Below are positions 12,401-21,824 of a DNA stretch of 64,000 nucleotides, one piece after another. The notes under the pieces were generated by a model. It did not search any database, was not told where the DNA came from, and saw only the letters and a list, made by a program, of their open reading frames with translations. The stretch comes from Protoeuglena noctilucae. Taxonomy: Eukaryota. How positions within the stretch are numbered: position 1 is the first letter of the stretch; each line of letters starts with the position of its first letter. The stretch is from positions 186,001 through 250,000 of the forward strand of contig OY253682.1 of assembly GCA_958009085.1 (NCBI GenBank). The letters are read 5' to 3'. A program made the translations under genes and the position numbers.

Positions 12401-15400
12401 TCGCTCTCCGCCGCCATCTCCTTGCGGGCCCTCTTCCGCGCCGCCAGGAGCTCCGTCAGAATCTCCGGCAATACGCCCGGCTTGACTGCGGGGGGTGGGG
12501 TGGGGTGGGGTGGGGTGGGGTTGGGAGTGGGGATGTCGAGGATATGCCATTGGCCTGATACTATGTCATAATAGTATCTTGCTAGCGCCGTGCTAGAATT
12601 GTGCTAGTATCACATCTCCGTACCATCAACCACCGCTGGCTGTGACGAATGGCACTGCCCTGATACTAAGTACACCATATACATGTCACACAAATACATA
12701 TTAATCACCCACTCTATGATAGTATCTCACCGCTAGCCTTCACGAACGTGTCCCCCGAGGGCGTCCTCGTCACCGTCTCCGGCGCCACGCCCCTCTCCTG
12801 CCCCTTAGGCACCAGCGTGGAGTAACACAGGTTGTGGGCCATCATGATGCTCGGGTACAGCGAAGCGAAGTCGAGCGTCGCGACCGGCTGCTCGTAGAAC
12901 CCCGCCTTGGCTTCCAGCACGGTTGCGCCCTCGTAGGAAACGCCCTCGGTGCCTGCCCGGGTGTTGATGTTGGGGACCACGTAGCCCTTGCCGCGGCACT
13001 TGCGCAGGATCTGGGAAGGGAGGGTATTGGGGGGTTGGAATAGGTGACGAGCCGAGTTGTTGATAGCTGGTACCATCGACCACCGTGTTCGATGATAGTT
13101 GCGGCATAGATACGAGCGCTGTTGTTGCCACCCATCTCGCTTGGGAGTACACTTTGATCGACTGCCTCATGCTATAACTATTACCATTACAATTACCATT
13201 ACCATCACTATAGCCAATACCCCCCCCATCATCTCGCCTGCGAGTAGACCTTGATGGACTGCCTGGTGCTATTGCAATTACCATTACCACCATAACCATA
13301 ACTATCACCAATACCCTTCATCATATACTCGCCTGCGAGTAGACCTTGATGGACTGTCCCCGGGAGAGGAGGTAGCTGAGTGGCACTCCCGTCACACGCG
13401 CCATCTCGGTGTAGTTGTACATGTACATGAGCTTGTCGAACAGACGCTGGGGGAGGTAGGCGTCCTGAGATTGAGAGAGGGGGTGTGAGGTGGTGAGGCA
13501 GTAATAAGTGTGGTTGTCGAACAGGTTGTCGAACAACTCCCGCCCACTCCACTGCACCCCCACCCCACCCCCATTCCACCCCACTCTACCCTACCCACCC
13601 CACCTCACACCCCACCCCACCCCAACCCCCTCACCTTGAGGCAGTAGACCGCGAGCCTCCTCCGCGTCTCGTCGTTCCCGTTCTGCAGGTCCGTGATAAG
13701 CGAATGGTGCACATCCTCCTTCTGCTCCCCCAGGAAGTGGGCCGAGACGCTGTTGAGGGAGTACGAAGAGAGCTTGTAGTCACGCTGCACCAGCAGTAAC
13801 ATGTCCAGCTGCACGCGGCCCTGCAATAGATGAGGTGGAGATGGGTGTATTAGCATTCAATTGCTCCATGGGCAGTAACATGTTTAGCTGCACGCGGCCC
13901 TGTGTGGATGAAGAGGGGTTGTTGCAGTGGGAATGTAAGCAATCACTGATGGTAGATGGGCAGTAACATGTCCAGCTGCACGCGGCCCTGCATTGGATAA
14001 GGAGAGATGGTAATTGAGATGACTATCTACGTCAGCAGTCACTTGGTGGATGGGCAGTAATACGTCACATCAACACCGCTGCTAATGTAACCCCCTCACC
14101 TCGATGGTGATCTCCTTGTAGCTCCTGGTGCCGTAGGCCTTGGAGCTGAACTGGGTATCGCGCATTCGAATCTTGGATGCCTTGACGCGGCCCCAGTGGA
14201 GGAAATCGGGAATCTTGAGTGACTCCGCTCGGTCAATGAGATAGGGCAGGTCGAAGTTCATGATGTTGTAGCCGATGAGGATGTCCGCGTCGGTCATGAC
14301 CAGCAAGTCATGCCAGCGCATCTGGGGGTGAGTGGGTGTGTGGGTGTGGGGTGAGGGTCGGGTGGGTGGGAGTGATGGGGTGGAGGAGGGTGGGAGTGGG
14401 AGTGGGGCAGGGTGAGGGGTGGGAGAGGGTGTGGGTGAGGGTGTGGGTGTGGGTTTGGGTGCGGGTGTGGGTGTGGGTGTGGGTGTGGGAGTGGGTGTGG
14501 GGTAGGGTGAGGGGTGGGAGAGGGTGCGGGTGGGGAGTTTTGTCATCTCAACCCACTCACCAACGCATACCCACACACTCACTCACACTCATTCCTCACC
14601 AGCATGTCCCTCTCGTTGTCAAACGAGATGACCTCACCTCAACCCACTCACCAATACATACACACATACTACATTCACACTCACCAGCATGTCCCTCTCG
14701 TTGTCGAACGAGATGACCTCGGCCCCCACGATGGGCGCGCACTTGCCCAGCGTCAGGATGTTGCGCACGAGCGTTCCGCGCCCCTGCACCGTCACGTGGC
14801 TCGCGATCTGAATCACCGGGTCCACCTTCGCATCGGGAAACTTGCCCTTGCGGCCAGCGCACTCGATGTCGACCGAAAGCACCCGCAACGGAGCGATGTC
14901 CGACCACGCGCCCTCGGGCTTGTGCGACACGAGGTCTTCGTAGTAGACGTCCGCCTCGTACTGGCTCGTCGTCAGTTTCTGCTCTTTGGGGCTGCGGGGG
15001 TGGGTGGGGAGGGGGGGGTGGGGTTGTAAGCGGGTGGTGGTGGGTGGGGAGGGTTGAGGGGTGGTGGGTGGGCAGGGCGGATAACACAGGGTGGGTGAAG
15101 CTGCCCGCCGTCATCTGCTTGGGTAATTAACCATACATCCCCGCCACAGTCCCCCGCTCACAGCCTTCACTCACCACAGCGTGTACAGATCACCAACCTT
15201 CCCCCCCAACAGCCCCCCGCATGCCCCCCTCACTCACCGCAGCGTGTACTTGCCCCTCGGCAGCTCGACCCAGTTGCACCCCACGACGTCCCGGTCGATC
15301 ATGAAGCGGAGCGCGAAGAGCACGTTGGACTCAAACGTGGTCACAGCACGATGGCCCACGCCAGGGAGGGACACCTGCCCCCGCTCCAGCATCGAGCGGA

Positions 15401-17011
15401 GGGGGATGACGAGGGTGGGGAGGGCCACAACGATCTGGAAGGGGCGAGGGAGGATGCATTTGATGAAAGTGAGCTGGGCGCAGGTGGACGAGGGGTGCTG
15501 TGCTGTGCTGTGCTGCTGCTGCGTGCTCTGCAGTGCTTTCCCCACTGTAAGGGAGAAGTGCTGGCCGACCACTTTGCTCCCTGACTCATGTTGCGTTGCC
15601 ACTCTGCCAGCCGCAATGCCTTGCCACGCTGCCCACAACGAACCACGCCTCGCCTTGAGGAAAGGCTTGGGCCCAGATGCCTGGTAGTACCACACCGACT
15701 GGCGCCGCAGGAGCTCCACGCAAGTGACGTAGCGATCCAGTCCTGGGACGTTCTTTGACTGGGCGGCTGCGGGGGCGGGGAGCGTGGGGATGATGTCTGT
15801 TGTCGACGAAAGGCGAATGCGTGTTGGGAGAGGTGGCTATTGCGCGAAGGGCTGGGGAGGGGCTGCGATAGCGACAGAGAGGCAGGGTGATACCCGAGCG
15901 GCCTTGCCAGGCACAGCACAGCACGCGGCTCGCACCCTTGTTGAGGGTCTCCCTGAGCTCCTCGCACTCGTCCGGCCTGCGCACACGAGCCATCTGGAGG
16001 TGTCCAAACTCGCGCTGGGCTCGCAAACGCGGGTCCAGATCGCCCAGCAGGGCGCAGGGTACGCACAGCCCCAGTCCCGCGCTGCACGCGCGCGCGGTAC
16101 TCTCGTTTGAGGCACTATGATTGAAGAACATTAAGAACCTCACCCGAAGGACATGCTGGGGGCCTCGATGAGGAAGTAGGGTTCGAATCCGTGGACGAAT
16201 GCCGTGCACGAGTTGCCGTTGCGCGTCACGCCGTAAATGCGGACCACGGGCACGAGGCTCGGGCCCGCAGCGACGAACGAGCGATTGGGCTTCGTGAAAG
16301 CGTAGTCGATCTCCACTTGCTGGAACACCAGGTCCTCCGACCTGCACGCACGGTGGCGGCGCAGCAAGCTTCGTGGCCAAAACGCCCCGGCGCGAATGCA
16401 AACGCCCTGAGCAGGTGCCCAAAGCGCAATTCCCTTCTTTGCGCAACAGAGCGTCAGCCTGGTGGCCGCTGCGCGCGAGGCGCTCGCCTCGGGTTGATGT
16501 CGGGCGCATCCGGCCTGGGCCAGTTCTTCCCCGGCTCCAAATCCTCGACATCCACTGCGGCGCAGCGAGGCGACTGATGCGTGCTTTGGCCAGGACCACG
16601 ATGCGGGAACACATTCGAAGCAAGGCCAAGCGCTCGGCGCAGCGTGGGTGCGCCGCGCAGAAAGCGCCCCGCCGCGCACCTCCGGCCGCAGGGTCCGCCA
16701 GGAAAGTCCCCTCCTCGTCCAAGAGCGTGTCATCAAGCTGGTCATGGTCGTCATTGACCAGCGCGTCGACGTCGTCGTCCTGCGCGGGCCAAACAACCGG
16801 GCGCACGCTGAGCACCCCGCCGCGCCGGCAGTGGCGGTAGGGGTGGGAACGACGGCACCGCGGCGTGCTGATAGACAGCATGGATAAGGAGGCGAGCGCC
16901 ATCGCGGCGTCCCTGCGTCCGATTCGCCTCCGCAGTCACCTCGACCCTCGCTCGCTTGGGCGCCCCTCCCCCCTCGGCCCCGGCCGCGCCGGAGCGCTTC
17001 CCCTGGTTCAT
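9500..17011 (-). CDS. POLD1: DNA polymerase delta catalytic subunit (about 17 exons)
   Basis: ExoI motif SVDIEC; Pol B motifs [47 protein letters not shown] and KRYAG; C-terminal CysA/CysB ([22 protein letters not shown]). Stop at 9500. Confidence 0.97.
11322..11412. repeat. (GGGTGT)n-type hexamer microsatellite in a POLD1 intron
   Basis: Visible run gggtgtgggtgtgggtgt with a few mismatches. A similar tract lies at about 14427-14502. Confidence 0.85.
11711..11815. repeat. (TAATAG)n hexamer microsatellite, about 17 units, in a POLD1 intron
   Basis: Near-perfect tagtaa repeat array. It accounts for the poly-IT and poly-L ORFs in the track. Confidence 0.95.
13793..13995 (-). repeat. Three-copy tandem duplication spanning a POLD1 acceptor site
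   Basis: CAG/GGCCGCGTGCAGCT(GG/AA)ACATGTTACTGC occurs at about 13793-13826 (real exon start), 13870-13903 and 13959-13992. Confidence 0.9.
14545..14720 (-). repeat. About 86-bp tandem duplication spanning a POLD1 donor site
   Basis: GAGGTCATCTCGTT(C/T)GACAACGAGAGGGACATGCTG/GTGAG...TTGGTGAGTGGGTTGAG occurs twice. Confidence 0.9.
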
Positions 17012-17332
17012 CAGCTGCTTTCCAGTGTAACGTTACAACGCATTCATGAAACAGGACCACAGGACCTAAGGAAGTGTGGTGAGGCGCTCGAGTTGGTCAG
17101 CGATATGGTGGCTACGATTATTTGCTGACAACAGAGCCTAGATCTGACTTCGGACACGCTTTTCTCAACGCGGGTTCCGATTGCTGGCGGCCGGCATCGC
17201 GCCGCGCAGTGAGCTTGCGATGCAGCGGCGTAGGAAACGTCGCCAGTCACTTGACAGGGGCTCCTCTTCACAGCTGGGGTCGCTCAAGCGGGCCGCATCG
17301 CCTGCTAGCTGCGGTAAGCAGGCGGGGGCCGC

Positions 17333-17400
17333 GCCGGGGATCGCCGTACGCCCTCTGGCGTCCAGTTTCAGGCGCGCGGGTCATGCGAGCGGTGCCCGGC
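17333..17400 (-). promoter_or_regulatory. Eukaryotic type-2 SECIS element in the SELENOT 3' UTR
   Basis: Minus strand reads GCCGGGcaccgctcgc-ATGA-C-CCGCGCGCCT-G-AAA-CTGG-acg-CCAG-A-GGGCGTACGG-C-GA-TC-CCCGGC. This gives helix I, the AUGA/GA core, a 10-bp helix II, apical AAA and a mini-helix, about 60 nt after the stop codon. Confidence 0.9.
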
Positions 17401-17458
17401 TGCGTGAGGGCCGCGTGTCGGTGCTGTCCCTGCTGGTCACGAGTCGTGGTCGCGGACG

Positions 17459-18313
17459 TTACAGGTGTCCGAGGGCCTGCTCTCGCATCACGTCCATTTC
17501 CAAAAAGATCTCCTCAAGGCCGGGGACGCGCCCCGTGTCTGCGTTGACGGGGAGGGTGGAAGCGAGGTTCACAGAGGGTGGAAGCGAGCCGCTTGACAGC
17601 GTCACAGCATGCGTTCAGTCTCACCGAGCTTCGAGAATATGACTTCCGCTCCGCGCCCGGCGTTGTAGAAGACCTCGAAGGCTCCGGTCTTGACCAAGTT
17701 TGTCCCAATGGTGCTCCCGATGAAGTGTGCGCCGAGGACAATCTGAATCTTGTTGCGCACGATGGCGTCCTTGTACCACTGAGGCACCGTGAGGCCCACG
17801 GCGTCCATCACGATGTCGCCGCCTAGCGCGACGGCGATGATGGCGATTCGCAGGTAGAAGAGCGCCTGGGCGACGTGGAGAGCCCACGGGTCGGAAGGCT
17901 GCGGGTGAGTTACGACGTATGTCTGGGGCCGTCCGGGGCCATTGCAGATGCATGAACCTATTCACGACATCACCGCGGTGCCGAGGGGCGAAATTCTCAC
18001 GTAGATGGCATCGTAAAAGGCTACGTCCGGGTACTTGCGCTCCATGAAGGACCGCAGCTGCAGCGCAAGACCCCGGTACCCTCATTGGGTGCAGTAGGAG
18101 AGGAGCACCGTGTTCGGAGGGCACAGAGCGGCGACCTCCTGCGGGCAAGGGCGAGATGGCTGCGAATGACGCGTGGGACATGTAAGGCATGACGCCATAG
18201 TGACGTACGGCGTCTCCTCCCATCCCCGGCCGCACCTGGTGGCGAGGGTGAGCCCCAACCACACCCAGAGCCACCGCGAGGACCACGGCGACAAGCAGGC
18301 TTTTCGCCCGCAT
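17459..18313 (-). CDS. SELENOT: Selenoprotein T (Rdx family) with in-frame UGA selenocysteine codon
   Basis: Signal peptide MRAKSLLVAVVLAVALGVVGA; LLSYCTQ-TGA(18082-18084)-GYRGLALQLRSFMERKYPD gives CxxU; LVKTGAFEVF; SKL/DTGRVPGLEEI. Stop TAA at 17459-17461, with SECIS downstream. Confidence 0.93.
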
Positions 18314-18570
18314 CTGGGGCAGGCGCACCGAGGGTGGGCCGGTTTCCCGGTAGTCGAGGTGATGCAGATTGTCAGATAATGCTTCTGGACGACGCTCCTG
18401 CGGCTCTCAGTCTTTTTCCTGACACCGAAAACGCACGAACCGCGTTTCCTGCACCCCTGGGGCCGCGCTGACTGCGACATCCACAAACAGCGTCGTTGAA
18501 CAGCATACTATCGCACACAAGCCTTCCGGCCGTGCCCGCATGCTGCGCGCTGCGCCAGGCAGACAGAGCC

Positions 18571-21408
18571 ATGGCAACGCGCTCCCTGAGGGTCCGCGAC
18601 CCTAACGGCGCCTCCTACAACCTCAATGAGTTGGCCAAAAAGGCCACGGGCGCGGCGACGCCGGCCTGGCTGGTGGGTGGCCTCGGGGCTCCTGCGCGGG
18701 GGCGCGTGCTGACAACCGCTTGCGGGACCTGCCCCGACCCCCGCGCCGCTCTGCCGGCGGTGGCGAACTTGCGAGTTGGCTAATACGCTCACCCTCCGCT
18801 TGTCGGTGTGCCTTTCTCGCAGAAAAAGACCTCGTCGCTGTCCCGAGCTTCAAAGGACGACGGGCCGCGCAAGCAGGGAAACGGCGCGGAGGAGCCCACG
18901 CAGGCGCCCCGTGCGGCGACCACGCAGTCAGCAGATACCTCGTCCGAACCTAGAAAGGCCAAGGCGGGTCCGAACGTGACTCGCGCGGAGGGGAAGCGCG
19001 CCAAGCGCCGGAGGGAGCAAGCCGGCCCCGAGAGGTGAGAGCGCGCTTCATTCAACCTCACCGCACCTCTGTCGCTGACATCCTGACAAAGCGCGAGCTG
19101 ACGAGCATCATTGGACGCTGCAGGGACGGCCACATCATGGAGGAGGTCATCTGCGAGGAGCGAGGGGAGCGTGGCTTGCCCGTGGCCCTCGCAACGGCCG
19201 CGGAGGTGGCTGCGGCGGCGGAGGCGCGCATGTCCCTCCCGCTCCAGGAAGCGCGGCGTGAGATCCTCCCGGCCCCCGCCCGCGACACCCGCAAGTCCAC
19301 GCCCGCCCAGGTGCCCCTCGCATGCCAGCACTCCTGACTCCTCCTTCCTTACAAATGCTTACTAGTCGGTCACTCCGCATGCGGCTAGCAGCGTCCGCGA
19401 CACCGTGGGTACCCCCGCGCCGCCCCCCCAGGTATCAGAGCGCCCCCGCCACGACCCGCCGCCCACCCACAAGCACGCCCAGGCAGACCCGGGCCCTTCC
19501 AATGCCGCCGCGGGCCTCTCCCGCGAGCCGGACGCCCGGATTTCTCGCGCGGGGCGCGCCCGTGCCGCCTCGCCACCCGTATCTGTCGACGCCCCGTCCC
19601 CTTCGGCGTCCCCTGAGTCGGGTCAGGCGGCGCGCCAGTCCCAGGCGTTCCTGGACTTGATGGCGCAGTACGAGGACCTCGCGCGGCGGTACAAATCGCT
19701 CGCGAGCTCCAAGATCCGCGACGCGGAGGACAAGTGCCAGGAGCGGGATCGGCGGGTGGCGGAGCTGGAGTCGGCCACGGACCGACTGGCGCAGCACTGG
19801 AAGCAGGCGAGGGGTGTGCTGTATGGGGTGTGGTGGGGGGATGCGCGTCACTTGGTTACCGGAAGCGGGGTTGGTAGGGAAAGGTGTTGCTGTTTCGGTT
19901 GCTATGCTGTGTAAATGAATGCTGATACGCTTTTTATGTGCAGGAGGCTGAGCGTCAGTGTGGCATCGCGCAGGCGGCGTCCAAGCTGGAGGAGGAGTTA
20001 GTGGCAACCAAGGCAGAGGTGAGACGGGACGGGGAGGGGTGGTCATGGTAACGGCGGTGGTGTTGGTGTGGTATATTGGTGGCGGTCATGATGGAGTGTT
20101 GGTGGCGGTGGTGGTGGCGGGGTGTTGTTGTTGGTCATGGCGGGGTGTTGGTGTTGGTGGTGGCGACAGCGACCAAGGTAAAACACGCATGACGCTCATC
20201 GCCACACCTGGCCTCCCCGCCCTGTGTCCTCAGAACCTCGAGCTCAAAGAGGGCGTGCTTCAGAGCGAGGCACGCAACGCGAGGCTGGAGCAACAGCTGG
20301 TGGACGGGCGGAGGCAGAGGCAGCGGCTGGAGGAGCGGGCGGGGAGGGCCGAGGAGGTGAGGGGTGTGGCGCGGGGGGGGGGCGGTGGGGTGATGGGGGG
20401 CTGGACCGCTATCAGGGGACCCTTTCTGATAACTGTAAGACCTCAACCCTCGCCAAGGCTTGCCAAGGGTCAATGACGACAACACCAACAATATCAACCA
20501 CAGCAACCACAACACCATCCCGCAGGTGGCCTCGCGCGCGGTGGAGGAGGTGGAGAGGCTGCGCGCGCAGGTGCAGTTGCTGTCGCGGGAGAGGGCGGAG
20601 GCGCTGGCGTTGGCGAGGACGGTGGCGGAGAGGGTCGCGGAGCAGGGGCCCCTGGAGCTGCTCACGGGGCTCAGGTGAGGGAATGGCAGACAGGGGCACG
20701 TGCAATGGAGAGCAATGGTGAGGGTATGGCAGGGGAGAGCGCTGGTAGGTGTGGTAGAGGGGCACTGACATTGGTCGGGATAACAGAGGGGGGCACTGAG
20801 TACTGGGTCCCGGTCCATTCCCAGCGCAACCGACCCATCCAAGCACCGCGCATGTCCCCGCACCCGCCGTGACGCTCGACACCCCCACTCCGTTTCATTT
20901 CCTGCACAGGGCCGAGCCGGGGCCGTCCGGGGGCACGCGCTTCGCGGACCCGGCCCTGGGCTTCGCCTTTGAGCTGCGGCCGGGGGAGCGGTCGGGCGAC
21001 GCCTCGCAGATGGCGGTGGGGGAGGTGGAGGTGCAGTACGTGCCAGTGGCCATGGGCGGGGCGAAGGTGAGAGGGGAGTGTGCACCGGGTCTGCCCTGTC
21101 ATGGTTGGTGAACATGCACGCAGTACGCACAGTATCTATCCATGCAACCATGCATCCACCCGTTCATCTATCCACGTAAGTCCACCCATCCACATACTCA
21201 TGTACCCATCCATTCATCTCAGAGATGAACGATATCATGTCAATCAATGTCGTCCCTTCTACCCACCCAGGGTTTCCTCCCCGCGTACCTGGAGGAGGAG
21301 ATTGCTTTCTCGACTGACATGGTGCGGCAGTTCCTGGGGAAGCTGGCCGTGGGGCTCCACGCAGCACACAAGGCGGCCAAGGGAGCGGGGCAGCAGGAGC
21401 GGGCGTAG
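18571..21408 (+). CDS. Csm1/Pcs1 (monopolin)/TITAN9-like coiled-coil plus RWD-like protein
   Basis: Coiled coil (YEDLARRYKSLASSKIRDAEDK...) is followed by FADPALGFAFEL...EVQYVPVAMG and FLPAYLEEEIAFSTDMVRQFLGKL, resembling the Csm1/TTN9 C-terminus. Stop TAG at 21406-21408. Confidence 0.65.
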
Positions 21409-21824
21409 GGCGCTATCAAGGCACACACAGCGTGGTTCATAAAGCGGCCACGTGAGAGGGCCAGCAGGAGCGGGCTTAGGGGGCAGTGCCATGCGGTGTG
21501 CCTGGTAGGGGTGTGTCGAGCGGATGACGGGCGGAGGCGGGAATGGGCGGGTCACGGAGTGACCAGAGTGGCAACCATGGTCATGTCATTGGTTGTTACC
21601 TGGTCATTGGTTGACAGCCTAGCTACATAACCGCTGAGACTTATGGCGCGTTTGAAGGCATGAGAGGCCCTCTGGCATCGCCACACGTGAATGGGGTGCT
21701 GCTTGGTACCGAGTGGTTGCACATAATTCAAACAAGGGCCTAAAGAGTCGAGAGCGCCGGTAAGAGTTGCTGCAGCTTGATCGTCGAACGACAGGAAACT
21801 TGTCTCTGAAACCACCTCCCCGCT

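Noticed and set aside
13793..14070. CRISPR-like spaced repeats
   Set aside because: The repeats copy a POLD1 acceptor and exon start, the intervening sequences resemble each other, and there are no cas genes in this eukaryotic context.
17026..17037. 12-bp palindrome TGTAACGTTACA just upstream of the POLD1 ATG
   Set aside because: Single instance with no supporting context.
17459..17463. TGTAA as a poly(A) signal that would cut off the SECIS
   Set aside because: After splicing the last SELENOT intron (about 17540-17624), this is the final codon plus the TAA stop. TGTAA is also not consistently present after other genes here.
17602..17604. A second in-frame TGA in SELENOT as an extra Sec codon or stop
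   Set aside because: It lies inside the inferred GT-AG intron; the spliced frame gives the conserved SKLDTGRVP.
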